In this document: piece after piece, positions 38,501 through 52,800 of the stretch | How positions within the stretch are numbered: position 1 is the first letter of the stretch | Layout: every line of letters begins with the position of its first letter | Assembly: GCA_028023455.1 (NCBI GenBank) | Contig: JAQFVV010000005.1 | Location: 12,586,001 to 12,650,000 of the forward strand | Reading direction: 5' to 3' | From: Epiperipatus broadwayi | Lineage: Eukaryota; Animalia; Onychophora | DNA length: 64,000 bases | Position numbers and translations under genes: made by a program | The notes under the pieces: model-generated | The model's input: the letters and a program-made list of their open reading frames with translations, nothing else | Databases searched by the model: none | What the model was told of the DNA's origin: nothing

Positions 38501-40389
38501 GGCATCCATATTTAAAGTAGGGGATAGAGTCATGGTTAAAACCCCTCACATCAGTGATTTGGGTAAGTTCGTATGCCAAAAATTTTGCAACCTATATGAA
38601 GGCCCATACACTATCTGCCATAATCAAGGGGGTAATGCATTTTGGGTGGACACTGGGCACAGAATCAGGGGGTCATTTAATGCTCAGTCATTAAAGCCTG
38701 CCTGGCCCTTTGCAAGCAAAGGGCAAGTCAAAGAACCAGGGAATATGTAAGTGTTATACTAAAAGAGCTGTTCAAAATACGCAAATGTATTTGAAGGCTT
38801 TGAGAGGAGGGGGTATTGTGACAGAATGGGTTCGAACCCAGTCACAAATAAAATTAATTAATCAGTAAACATATGTAGATGTAGATATATATAATATTTA
38901 ATTTTGTTTATTACATGGTGGTGGTTACAAATACATAAACATGGGGGGAGGGACTCTGTCATTTTTAAATGATATATGTGTGTGTGACAAATGCGTGTAT
39001 GAATGAATTAAGTAGTGAAAAGAGAGAAACAAGATTTTGTTTCACACTTTAAAAACTAGAGGTTTCCGACAGAATGAGATTCTATTTTCTGTTATATTAC
39101 AATAGAAGCTACGACACGAGTTTTCACACGTCTAACAGATCTGGCTAGTCCACATTGAAAATCAGAAGTGAGATAAAAAAAGAAGCTTCTAGAACAAATG
39201 GAGGGGGCTATAAAAGCGAGCCACCCAGAATGCATTGGATCTTTTTCCAGCAGAGCTACAACAGTGAACACCTAAATGGTTTTAGTATTTAACTTATATA
39301 ATGGTGATTTCAAAAGAAATGTCGGGGTAAGAGAAGCCGCATCAGATTCAAACCCTTAATCCCAACCTGCTGCAGCTGCCTCAACTAATAAAACCATGAT
39401 GCCTAAGCCGCATCAGATTCAAACCCTTAATCCCAACCTGCTGCAGCTGCCTCAACTAATAAAACCATGATGCCTCGAAACAACACATAATTCCAGCATG
39501 GAATCAAATGAGCCTCATCGGCCAACGGGCATGAAGATCTCAAATCATTACCTTGAATTCCTTAATTTACCTGTGGAATGGAACTCTGTAATAGATAGAT
39601 AAATCTGCTTTTACTACTTCCCGGGAAGAGTCAGGTAAAGAACTTTAATTAATGATTTTATTTTTCTTTGTGAAAAGGAAATTCTTGTGTTTTTTTACTT
39701 ACTATAAGTGGAGGTGACATATGAACTAATTAATAAGGTTTCCTTACGGCCTCGTTCCATTGTGGACGTAATAAAGTAATCAGTGTCGGAAGTCATGTGA
39801 TACAAACTTTTTCGTAGTATTGACTTTCACTACTTGAGTTGCATATGAGAGATTTATTATGGAAAGAATGAGCTATGTGTGTGATTTAAAATGACAGAGT
39901 AATAAATACCTTTTTTTTTTATAATATTAAATAAATATACAAAGAAGTAGAGTGGAATTAGTTATTTATTTATAGCTCCACTTTATCTAGTTGTTATTAT
40001 TTTTTTTATGTTTAAAAAAAAAAAAAAGGAAAGAAACCTTAACACCATTCGTAGATACTCCCAGCGGTGACACCACCAGACCATGAGACTGAGCTAGCTG
40101 ATGGCCAAAATCTCTCTCACATTACGTAAATAGTATTCTTGTTGGTAATATATCCACTTCGTGTAATTCTTATATTCGTATAGGATTGGCACTTGGTGTC
40201 CTTCGAATGACCATAAATACACATTGGGGATATATTACAGTTGCGAGAATAAATCCATAAGTTTGGAATAATAATATTTTGGGTCAAAACCACTTAATTA
40301 AATAAAAATACATAGGCACGTATATTGATACATATATACATATTCGGTAGAGTAAGCCTGTCTAGTGAGAGGTAATGGGTTTTATTATA
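35506..40389 (+). mobile_element. Non-autonomous Gypsy-like LTR retrotransposon with two full LTRs
   Basis: LTRs at 35506-36994 and 38817-40389, both starting TGTGAC and ending TTATA. PBS TGGCGTCCCAAC at 36996, PPT GAGAGGAGGGGG just before 38817, and ATAT on both flanks. The 1.8-kb interior has gag remnants (37691-38054) and an integrase C-terminus, FKVGDRVMV...YEGPY (38232-38750). Confidence 0.93.
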
Positions 40390-41051
40390 ATATATATATA
40401 TAATTGTTTGTTTCCTAATGAATAGTTAAAATATTTTGCAACTATATGGAAGGATTTATTCAGATTTTGTTCTATTAATCTCTGAGTGAAGTTGTAATAT
40501 TATTAAATTGGGAATCAGACCTGAAATTACCAGTTCCTAGACTTTTCATTGTAAGAAAGGTACAACAGTTACAATTATTCATATTAGAAAAATGCATGTG
40601 TCCTATGCCAGGAAAATTATATGAGTTAAATAAATATCTTATATTTATAAGATCAATTGGATTTAGAATTGTATTTTAAATAATGATATGGCAAATGTTC
40701 TCAATTGTAAAACTGTATTAGTATTATAAAATGTAATGGGCGATTAATGTTTAAAAAATTTTGGACATTTTATAAATAATCATTGTTTTTCTCCATGAGT
40801 GTAAACTAAAACTAAAATAAGAATGAAGAATTAGCTTATTTAGGGTAAAAGGATGTTAATATTTTGATTAACAATTATAGTTTGTAAATATATTATTGTT
40901 ATTTGTTTAAATAATGTGTTAACTTTGTTATGTGTAATATTGTCTGATCTGCATATTGGGAGTAACTTATGTTCTACATAATCTCACCAGGTATTTCAAA
41001 TAGGGGCTGTGTAGCAGTCATCATCGTTTTAAAGAAAATATTGTTTAAATA

Positions 41052-41813
41052 TGTGAGAGGGAGACCCAAAAATAACCGGAATCATTCTCTGGTTTCCATA
41101 CCTGTTGTTGTATATACTTCTGCTGTTACATAATTCTTGTACAGGCCCTTCTGCATCAATCTGCCAAATGACATTGTTATGTAAAATTGTGGGGCCACTT
41201 AGCACATTCTTTTTGTACAGTATGTTTTGTGTATTTGTCTTTTTTTTTTTTATAATGGCTGAAATGTTTGATCAATGTGAAATTGTTTTTATTTACAGAA
41301 AATGGCAAGGAAAAAAATTGTAATGCGTGAAACAGATTATAAACAAACTGATCTCATAAAAACATAAGTTTATGGGTGATTTAATTGAAATATTAAATTT
41401 ATCACATCCCTAAAAAGTGTCACAAGTGAAGTCCAAAATCAAAAGCATGCTGATTTATTTCTTTTGACACAAACGACATTTTTCTCTCAAATTTAGTTCA
41501 TATCGGTCAGGCATTTTATCTGTAAGTTCTGAAACATATATGTGTTGTGGTAAAATGTAAATATCCTATTTTTTGGCAAAGAAAACAGTGCAAGCTCCAA
41601 CCCAACTAAATAATTAAATAATACTCAATCTCGCTACGTATAATTTTTTTTAATCTCTCAAATGACAAACGAGAGGCATTAAAAGACATTACTTTGCAAG
41701 TGTTTCTGGAAGTGACAAACAGGTATATACAGGTGCATTGCATTAAATAGACTATACTTTTTTAAGCAATTCATTTTTCATTACAAATTCCAGTTATTTT
41801 TGGATCCCTCCTG
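41052..41813 (+). mobile_element. Internally deleted mariner-like element
   Basis: TIR cores GAGACCCAAAAATAACCGGAAT and (reverse complement) GGGATCCAAAAATAACTGGAAT, with TA at the flanks. Transposase remnants are MAEMFDQ (~41255) and VKSKIKSMLIYFFD (~41430-41470). Confidence 0.75.
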
Positions 41814-43921
41814 TATATATATATGTGCAGTCTATTGCCTGATGTTTAATGTCATGTAGAACTCATATTAATTGAAACAAGTTTAAATAATTGAAATATC
41901 CTATCTGTAATCTCTTCTGCAACAAATCTTTCTGAAAGATTTTAATACATGTCTAATTATAGCTCTCCATTATTTTTGAACCATTTATGCTATGTAATTT
42001 GTATTTTATTGTTGTAATATGGAAAGGATTTTCTAATAATAAGGAAGTGTGTTTAATGTAAATAAAGAGTAAAAGATGTTAAATGGATTTTTCCAGATGC
42101 AAAGACATTAGTTTATGAGAGGAATATAATCCTAAATGTAAAGAAAGTAATCAGAGTAAGTGACTGCTTTCATAAAGGTCAACTCATCTTCTAAATCTGA
42201 AGGTAGAGCACAGTTAAGAAACCATATGAAATTCAGTACAAGAAGGAAAAAGTGTACAAATGCTAACTACTGTAAGAGCAGATATCAAAAAGAATCAACA
42301 TAGTAGTAAAAAAATACTGCCATATCTTTAACAATGATGAGAACAAGACTACTATGAGTTATGGGATCTCCTACATATGCACTGCGATGATAAAGCAAGA
42401 CCACAGATGTCAGACAATATACTAGAAGAGAATATACAGGTCTATCTGTTCACAAAACCAAAAATAAGGTAATGTGTATACTCACTCATATATTTCATGG
42501 ACATATACATGTTTGACTGTCATGTAGCAGTCAGTATTATCCTCAGCAATAAAGACTTCAACTAGACATGACTACAGAATAAACACAGTGTCATGTATCC
42601 AGAATAATGATTAGAGCCTTCTAGCATCTTATATCAACTATGTGAGAATCATATCGTGCCAATCTTCACTCACACAGTTGATGTAAGTGAATTAAGCAGA
42701 TGCATCAGGCAAAAAAACAGTCCAGGCCATTAGAAACAACATTCCCAACCTTTATTGATCTGCAACTCAAGAACCTGAGAATAACAAATGCTGAACCAAA
42801 ATGGCATCTAATGTAATATATTATTGGTATAACTAATATGAATAATAAATTATGACATGTAGTTAAGCATTTGTATTCACAGATAATCAGGACTGCACAA
42901 AGTGTTAAACACATCATTTATGGTGATAACATTGTAGTTAATTAAATTTCCATTAAGCTGTTATTATAAGAAAAAATCTAAGAATTTTAAATTATTATTG
43001 CTACATATATATATATAAAAGACAATGGAAGAAATAATAAAGAAAGTAAAAAGGTATAAAAGTAGTTGATTACTCCACAAACAATATATCTACTAAATAG
43101 TAAATTTTGAAGAAATGAAGGAAATTATTATGCTGGATCACTACAGAGCAGAAAAGCTTGCAAAGAAACTAATATGTGGGAGATATAAAAACCTGTAGGC
43201 TTGTAAAATTTAGGTAAGAAATTCTCCCAGAGAAGTTTGCATCTATTAGTCACAAAAGAATTTTAGAGAGATTTATATAAATTAATTATTACTTTGATAA
43301 GACTAATGACATTGGAGTAAATTTACTTTACTATTATATAATACTTTGTAATATATCAAATTGTATCTATCAGAAAATTAAGACAAATATTTGTGTAAAA
43401 TTTTGATGAAAAAGTAACAACTAATCGTGTTTCTTGACTCACTGAGTAGATGTAGCAGTATTTTCAGTCATATCCTGTCAATGAAAAGCAGTTGAAATTG
43501 TACTTTGATCAATATTTTTGGGGAAATCTTGATAATATAACTAGGGCCTATTTTTCTTGTAGCAGCATTTCACTATCTCTATACCATTCATTGTAAGCTT
43601 TTAGTAAGTATTAATAGATACCAGATGTTAGTCCTTATTAAAACCCTGTCTTATGATGTTCTATTCAATATCCTTAGACTAATTTCAAGCTTTGGCTTTC
43701 ATCCATGCACTCTCCTTCCTCAACCTATGTTTTAATTCTCTGCTATACTATTAAGCTATTAGCACTTACTAAAAACTATATAAATGTTTCCAGAAGTCAA
43801 CTTGCTTGTATAATCATATAGATTTGAAACCAGTTCAGTTTTTAACCATGGGCATCTTTATTCTGAGGTCAGTATTTGCTTTAAACCAATGAAATATCAG
43901 CTGACTCAATTACATGACTAG

Positions 43922-44232
43922 CTTACATATTGCTGTTGTAGGAGCATAATTTTCACCATCTCTGTGTTACTTATTAGTAAGTAATAATAGATAGAAGATG
44001 GTAATGCTTACTAAATCCCTATTCCCTGCTATTCCATCCAATATCTCCAGACTAGTCTCAAAATTACAGCTTACTTATCATAAGTTTGAGACTAGTCTGG
44101 GGATATCAGATAGAATAGCACAGGATGGGGGTTTTCATAAGGACTATCATCTTGAAACTATTATTACTCACTAAAGCCTACAGTAATTGATATAAAGATG
44201 GTGAAAATTATGATGCTATAACAATATGTAAG
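43922..44232. repeat. ~140-bp-arm fold-back, with a third direct copy at ~43550-43690
   Basis: CTTACATATTG...CCAGACTAGTCTCAAA pairs with TTTGAGACTAGTCTGG...CAATATGTAAG across a 22-nt loop. The arms are near-perfect next to the loop and diverged further out. Confidence 0.8.
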
Positions 44233-45779
44233 GTAAAATCATGTGATGAAGTTAGTTGGGATTTTATTGGCCTATTTCTCTCTTGAAAAATTATGCTAAA
44301 GTTTATTCTAAAATATCTTTCTTTTCATCTCCATTTGGTTCATTGAGGAGTGGACTTGCTCAGAAATCAGAATATCAATAAAAAAAACTATGTATGGGAA
44401 CAAGCTTATTCCCTATTTTAATATAATGGGAATAGTGTTATAACATTTAAATAACTTTCTGAAAGTCTTGTTGATAAATAACAGTTATTGTCCTTCCGTT
44501 GATTAAATTTTTGGCATAAATTGCATGATCTTTAGTAATTATTTTTTTGAAATGTCTTTCATCTACATAAATGCATGTACATGTCATAAAAATGCATCAA
44601 TCATAGTATTTTATTTCTATAGTGCATTGCAATGTTTATACAGTAATAAATAAATGAACTGTTTTATTGCTTGGACGTTCAGAAGAATTCAAGTGCTGGA
44701 ATTCCTAAATTGGAATTGATTTGAGGATCCAGAGCTCCAGAGTCTGGAATTCTATAACTGCATGAGACTATGCAGGGATTTATATTTTAAGCATGAAGTT
44801 GAAAATGCCCACAACACTATTCAGTCATTTTTGACTTTAATATTCCAGACACAAAATAAATACTGATCAGGTTTGATGTTAACCCCTGGTTTTAAAATGT
44901 GTTATGTATCTCAAAATTGCAACAGCCTTTTCCAAAAAGCAATATTTTCATTTGAATTCCACGAAGGTCCAGTAATCTTCCAACTAAAAGATTCATATTA
45001 AAAAAACTTTAAAATTTGGGGAAATCTGAGTATTCTAGCTACACTCATTTTTATCTTCGATAAGAATTTCCAAATTATTTTTATTAGGTTTATATAAAGA
45101 TTGGCAGATTTTACTCAAAACAATGACAAACATTTGTAGTGGCAACACGTATAAATGATCTCATCTAGTGGGGAATGCAATACTACTAAGCAACTGAAAC
45201 ATTTTTCTGAGATAATTCATAGGATCTTCATGAATGTATTTTAGGTAATTTAATCATCACAGTAGTTATCAATTTATTTGAAAGATTTGTAATTATATTA
45301 CTGCCTATGAGTGTTTTCTGCATAGTATATGGAAAATAAAATGAATTATGAGCCTGTGGTAATCTGGGTACATTGCACCTTATCTAAAAATGACAAGAAG
45401 GCAACATATTTTTAACTATGCTTAGAGAAATTTGATAATACCCCAAGTTCAAATCAATAATAACCATACTTAACCTCCAAGACATCTTTAATTTTAGGCA
45501 CTACAATATTTATCAATTTTGGTCATTTTAATGATTTTTCTAAGATAGAATATAATTTTCATTTCATATAAAAATTTGGATGCATAATGTACAGAATTGT
45601 TATATGACATGCTTCTAAATTATTTACTTTTATTCTTTTTCTATTATAATCTTTAATTTTTCACAAAGAACAAAATTGTACAAAATAGACTTTGGTGAAT
45701 GTAAGTAAACTATGGACAAGTTCAATTTTACATGCTTGAGATAGGAGTGATGAAAATTGAACTAATTTCTGAAGTGACT

Positions 45780-45890
45780 GCTCAGCTCACTATCTTCACA
45801 TTATAAAAATCAGAGAAGACAGATTGAACTTGGAGAGAGCTTCATCCTGCAATGGACTGATAATGGTTGATTATGATAATGATGATATAG
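45780..45890 (+). mobile_element. RTE-like 3' end fragment
   Basis: GCTTCATCCTGCAATGGACTG followed by a degenerate (GAT)n tail. Confidence 0.4.
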
Positions 45891-46273
45891 ATAAAAAAAT
45901 ATTTTGTCTAGAGATACTTGGGAATTATCCCATTTATTATTTTCTTATTTCACAATTATTGATAAAATAGACAAATCTAAATTTATTTATTCTACCTGAT
46001 TGAATACAAATACACACAGTCCTCACCCAAAATATGAATACTCTGAATCCAAACTGATACTAGCTATTTACATTTTTATTCAGTATAAGACAATTAAGTA
46101 ACAAAAAATTAGAACTTTTTTTACTTCTGTAAAGTTCAAAAATGATGTCGATTGGTTCATCTTTTATAAGTTGGATGGCCATTTACTTAAATACAGAAAT
46201 AACTCATTATCTTTTATTTCTTTTTTGCAATTTTGTAATTATTGTTTAATAAAATGTGAACTTGACTATTCAT

Positions 46274-46584
46274 TTGTTTCATTTATTTATTTTTTTTAAT
46301 TATTTTATATTTGAACAATTTTATTTTTAATGCTCATTTTTTATTCAATGTTTTTGTTTTTCCAACATCGTTTCATTTTTTCATTGAAACAGAAATTGTA
46401 CTTTTTTTTTAAAAAAAAAAAATATTTATATAAATAAAATTGTTCAAATATAAAATAATTAAAAAAAAATAAATAAATGAAACAATTTTTTTTTTTAAAA
46501 AAAAAAGTACAATTTCTGTTTCAATGAAAAAATGAAACGATGTTGGAAAAACAAAAACATTGAATAAAAAATGAGCATTAAAAA
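46274..46584. repeat. Double inverted duplication in the order A-B-A'-B'
   Basis: 46274-46326 is the reverse complement of 46432-46485. 46323-46421 is the reverse complement of 46486-46584. Both are essentially identical apart from homopolymer length. Confidence 0.9.
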
Positions 46585-47699
46585 TTGCTCATTCTCAATG
46601 GAACAGAGTCATCCTCATCAAGAAATTTCATCAACAAAAATCTGTCTAGAGAAAAATAATTGCAAAACTGAAAAGGTATCATAGTAATAATAAACAATTA
46701 TCAAAAATGAAAATATCTTGGGAATAAACTCTTAATCTGAAGATAGTTTAAGAAAATTTACCAAATAAAATTCTCTTATAAATAATAATTTAGCTCTTTG
46801 ATCTATAACTGCTGCCTGGTGTTATAATCGATCAGTTACTTGCAAACAAAATAAAAATTTTAACATCGTTATAGAAATAAATAATTCAAACATAATGTCT
46901 TTTCATCAGTAATTATAAAAGTAAATGGAATTTAAAATTGCTACCAGTGTAACTTGATTTCTACATTGAAATACAATTTAATACATGTTTTTTTCAAATT
47001 ATGCTTATAACATTGTCTAATCAAAGAAACTTTCAAAAAAATGTTTACTATCTATGTATACTTTATACAAAAAATTTTAGACTTTAAAAGATGCAAATTT
47101 ATTGCAATAAAGAGAATGTGATAGAAGTTGTACTGAAGTATTAAGAATATCAAGTATAAAGTTAATAAATAAGTTAAAACTAATGGTTAATAATCATGAC
47201 AATAAACATCAAAACTCAAATAGAAAAATAATAATTTTACATTCTTGGAATACACAAAATGATTATAGCAACATTTTAAAATTACATTCACACAAAAAAA
47301 ATAAAAAATATTAATTGTCAATATTTGTGATAAATTCATACATATTACTAGCAAACATGTAACACTTCTTGTAGAAAAATAAAACATATCTGCAAATAAT
47401 TAGTCATTTTTACAATTCCATTTATAATCCTTCACATATAAATCAACTGAAATTTTTTATATGTACTGCCAATTAATATTTATAAAGTAAAGATTTCTGG
47501 AATTCATATTGTTTGAAGAACACATTATATTTGAAAAATATTACTAAATTAAGTATAAATATCACACCGATGATATTAAATATATGATAGCTATAAGAAT
47601 ATGTTGGGGAGATGATTAGAATTATAGACTATTGCCTTAACATTCATTTGACAAATGAAAGTCGATAACTTCAGAGGCTATAATGGTGCTAACAAGTTG

Positions 47700-49857
47700 T
47701 TATAATCATATAAAATCAGAATTATTTGACATCTGTGCTTCAAATTCATAAACAACAATACTATAATGGAAGCTACATCTTTGTTAACAGAAGTTAACAA
47801 ACATGAAAATGTTTCCAGAAAAGATCTTCAGGTAGCAAGATGGATTTAGATAATAATCATGAAGAAACACATAAGATGGAAACAGTATCATGGAAATACT
47901 TCAGTGTAGTATGCCTGAGAATACAGAAATAGTTAATGAATTACTAAACACATCATCATCTTTCTATTTGTCTGGATAAAATGAAGTAACAAATACTTGT
48001 GGATGAGTTTACTTGCCAAAATAATCTTTAAAAAAGACTTCCAAATGGTAACATCATATATCCTTCCTGGATAATATATTATGATAAAGAAGATAAAATA
48101 TTTTGTTACTATTGATGTCTTTTCTGTGAAAATATTATGATTATTTTTTCTACATCAGGATTCAATAATTGGCTAAATATCCATACCATACTGGTAACAC
48201 ATGAAAAATCAAAGCATCATTTGGTTGCAATGTTAATGTACAGAAGTGCAAAAGAGATTTTCAATTATGAAAAGTTTATACAGACAATGTACAACAGAAA
48301 TTATTAATGGGGAAAAATTGTGAACACGTCAACTTTTTGAAAAAATCATTATCAGTGATACAATTTCTAGATTTGGCATTTTGAGGATCTGTCTAAAACA
48401 TAGTGGTTCACATAATTAAAACTTTTTAGGAATTATTAAATTGCTTGGTAAATTTAGCCCAATAATGAAGATCATCTTTGACAAATCATCAGTAAACAAG
48501 GTCTAGAATATTATCTAAGCAAAGCAAATTTAATGTGAAATAAAATCCAGAACCAGATTATAAATCAAAATCAGAAAAGTATTTTGCTGTAATTCTTGAT
48601 TGTACTCTAGATATCAGTTATCAAAATATGTATCTGATATATCACGATTCAGTCATTGGTGCTTATGAACAGTTTATCAAATTTATAAATGTAGAAAGTA
48701 GTTCTGGATAGCTATGCTGAATGAGAAATTAATTCTCTAGGATTAAATATTAAGGGACTAAAATATGATAATAGTTTAGATATGGAGGCTAGATTCTTAA
48801 AGGGAAATTTAAGTGCATTTTTTATATCCTGTGCTTGTAATAGTTATAATCTTGTTTAGATAGATATAACTAAAACTTGTCCTGATGCATAAACTTTCTT
48901 TAGTATACTTCACACCCTTATATTTTATTATCATGATGGTCAATTAGTTTCTCATAAATATGTTAAAGGTATTACTATAGAGCCTCTTTGTAATACAAGA
49001 TGGGAATGCCATGCTCAAAGTGTTAAAACAGTAAGGTATCAAGTAGGTGAAGTCTATGATGCATTTCATGAAACATTAGAAAATTCTCAAGTTAAAGTAA
49101 TGCAAAGTCACTTGTTCTCTTATTTTATGATTTTTTTTTTTTTTAGTTTAAAAAACAACTATTATGGTAGTTGACTAAATACTGGATTTGAGCAAGTATT
49201 AGTTGAAGCAAAATATTCACAGAAGATTTATAAATTATTCCAGAATTTCAAAATAGTTTAAAAAGATAAATATTTTAGTTATGAAGTCGATGATAAGCCA
49301 ATAAATAATCCTGCAGAACTATGCAAAATACATTTTTTAAATGTTCTGAATAACGCAAAACAACCACTACAAACTCGATTTAAAAAGCTTTCTAAAATGT
49401 TTCAATTTGTAGCAGAAAATGATGAGTTATAGCTTTTCCTAATCTCTTCATTATCTTCAGATATATTTAACCATATCAATGCTTCTGGAGAAAAGACATT
49501 TTCTAGTTAAGTCTAATAAAAAATTATTTAAAATTAACCATGTTCCAAGATAGGCTAAATAGTTTCGCAATCGTATCCATTGGAAATCAAGTAGTCTAGT
49601 AGTTAGAATTTGATTCAATTTTAGAAAACTTCTCCAAGCAGAAATCTAGAAAGTGTTTTTAAATATTGTTTTATATTGCTTCACTATGGATGCTATATAC
49701 TTTGTTTAAATTATATTATTTATAACTAATTTTTTAAAATTCAAAAATGCGTTATATATTTATAAAAAGTTAGAGCAGCATTATTAAACCTCTTTCCCCA
49801 CCCACCCCCCTGCAAGAAATATCCAATTGAACCTCTCATTAACTGGATCCGGTCCTG
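47700..49857 (+). pseudogene. Degraded hAT transposase (ZMYM1-like/TTF-zinc-finger type) with right terminus
   Basis: Fragments KRLPNG...WIIY...KIFCY, GFNNWLNI...HEKSKHH, FAVILDCTLDIS, IPCACNSYNLV, LCNTRWEC and ASGEKTF...IKNYLKLTMFQDRLN. A candidate TIR CTGGATCCGGTCCTG ends at ~49856. The left TIR was not found. Confidence 0.8.
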
Positions 49858-52800
49858 ATTATCCATCGAATAAAATCAGAAAATAATAGAATGATTTTAA
49901 TGCTCAGAATTTCATAAGAATTACGAGTGCCGGAAATATTTAAGATAGTTGATTTATTTATACATATAAAATAAATGAAGTTAATTAATTGGACCCAACT
50001 CAAGCATTTCTTGTATTTAAAATTGTTTGGTATGTATAACTTTGTTTAATAAAAAGAATCTATCCCTTTTATAAAGACTTTTGTACGAACTCCCAAAATA
50101 ATTTAGTTATGCAAACAAGTTTAATTTTTGTTAAAAGAAAAATGCGCCACCTAAGCAATGTTTTAATTTTGTCGTGTAAAAGCTCTTTCAGTTTTATTAA
50201 TTATTTTATATATTTTTTTAATTTGTAAGTTAAATTTAAAATTTTTACTTCTCATTGTTTTCAAACGGAAGTTATATATAATAACTTTTTAAATTATTTT
50301 AAATCATTTAAGAATTGTTAAACTATCATAAGAAATATTTTAAATCTGTATAATAATTTTTAACATTACAATGAAAAATTTCTTTACGTTTAGTATAGGC
50401 GAATAAAACCATAGTTCAAATGTTCACTTGCACGTGCATGCGTAATAAAAGCTGGTGAATGAGTATTCATCGCCAGTTCGAACTTTACTTCAATCTGTGA
50501 TTGCAATTTTTGTGCGCATTAATTTTCACCCATCCTGCATCAAATATTATTATGGTGTTAAAGTTCGTTGTTTATATTGCACTTCGTTTAAGCCATTAAA
50601 GTTTAGAATCTGCTGTGTACAGCCACTCACTCGGCTTAACCATCAGGTAAATAGACAGCAGAAACCAAATGATTATACAAATAGTTTAATAGAATTAACA
50701 ATCGGATAAATAATAGTACATGTATATAGTTATAAGACAATTAAGTTTAACTTACGAACGCTGGCCATGAAGGCATACAAAAAACATATTATAGACCGGT
50801 GAGGCCTGCAAAGTTCCTAAGTCCACTTTTTAACCTTCAGTGGTGGAATTCACTGGGTTTGTTCCGTTGCTAAGTTAAAACTCTTGACCTTCGTGTGCAT
50901 TCAATGAGTTCTCCGCTACAAGTGCTGCTTAGTTGTTTTTTGTTCCTTGTTTTTTCATGTTAAGGAATGTTTCAGAAACCAATTAATTTTCAGCTATTGT
51001 CTACTTTTAGTAATCAGCACTTTTAATCTAGCTGCTTAATTAGTTTCTGATCTGAAGCTTATCTTTAATAGCGTACCAAATTTAATTACAAAATTCCTGT
51101 CTATTTCTTTTAATAAAACTTATTTTAATAAAACATTAATTATTATATACGTATAATTTTCTTTTAACAAAACATTATTATACACGTATATAGCAGAATC
51201 CTACGAAGTACTATGTAGTAGCTATAATTGAAAGGGTTTATATAATTCTCAAACGATCACCTAGACTTTAAAGAACCCTTTTTTTCTTTAAAATCTTTGA
51301 ACTGCTTATGAATTATTTTTATCTTAATTTTTTAAATAAAATTACAGATATGTAACGCTTTTCATTAGCGCTACACTATTAAATTTTGGTTTTATCTTTT
51401 TATTAGTATTGCTGCTTTTATTTTTCTTTCTTTAGTATTATCTGTATGTAACATTATTTTTATTGAATTTTCTGTAAATTTATGTCCTGTGTACTTCATA
51501 TCTGTATATATTCTAACCAAATAAAATGATGATGAATTCCTAATCACCATCTGTCATGCTTCCAAGTTGAGGCACTATTTCTAACCTATAGAAATGACTC
51601 AAATAGAACTCTAACACATTCTACTTGATGGAACACAATATCTTTAAAAGAATAATAGGGTTGGGTTGAGACTCTTACAGATAACAATAATGATTATAAA
51701 GTGGACTAAGCTCAGTGGTCAGTTAGATATAAAAGAATTAGCTGCAGAGATATACAGTTAAAATAAAAAGAACTTAACTCTGATAAAATAAATTATTCTA
51801 AACAAAATATATAATTTGGGAAGAAAGAAAACTATAATCATTCTTTAATCAATAATTTAGAATAAAGTAAATCTCTCCCTCCATCCAAATCTCCTTCTCT
51901 GAGTTATAAATATTTGCACTTTCAAAACATATTCCCTAATAGATTCTTAGGTCTAACAAAATTTCTTATACAATTTAATATTATCCACTGATATGATCTG
52001 ATTTCCCCTACAACTTGTAGAGTGAATAAATAAATCTTTTATTATAATGATATAACAAATAATAATGAATCTTTTTATGCTAACACTAAAATAATTAAAT
52101 AAGTAAATGTTACTTAAATAAAGCAAAATAAGATCTCATGGTTTTTTTCTCTGGTATTCTGTGTTGCAAGGCAAATGACCAGCATCCTAGCAGGCTTTAG
52201 GAACACACATTTTCTAATAGGCTAATGCATCCTATTAAGATCATAATAATAATAATTACTTAGATTACCAAAAACAAGTGCTTACTTTAATCAACAAATG
52301 TCTAAAATAATAATAAAATTTAGAATACTTATAGCCTTTTACCTAGAATGGCATTCAAATAAAAGGAAAAGGATACATTTTATTCCCTTCTCTTATCCTA
52401 AACAACACACACAAAATACTTAATTTACAACATTTGAATTCTGATAATAGACAAATAATGTACAGTCTGAATTATGGATGGATATATCCATTGCAAAACT
52501 TAAATGAACAATTATTAATTTGGAAATTTTAATTGGAAAATAAATATTTATATCACGTTTTGTACAAAATATTAGTGATTTTGGATCACAAGAATAATAA
52601 TTATCTGATTTGAAAATATACATTTTTATTTTATTTTGTGGATTTGTGGAACCAAAGAAAATAATTTCATACAGAAAAAATACTCAAAAACCAAATTTTA
52701 ATAATTTACAAAAAAATACATTTATTAAAAGCTAAACATTTAAAACAATTATTTACAAGACACACTAATACTATGACAGTTTGGAAATCATAGCTACTGG

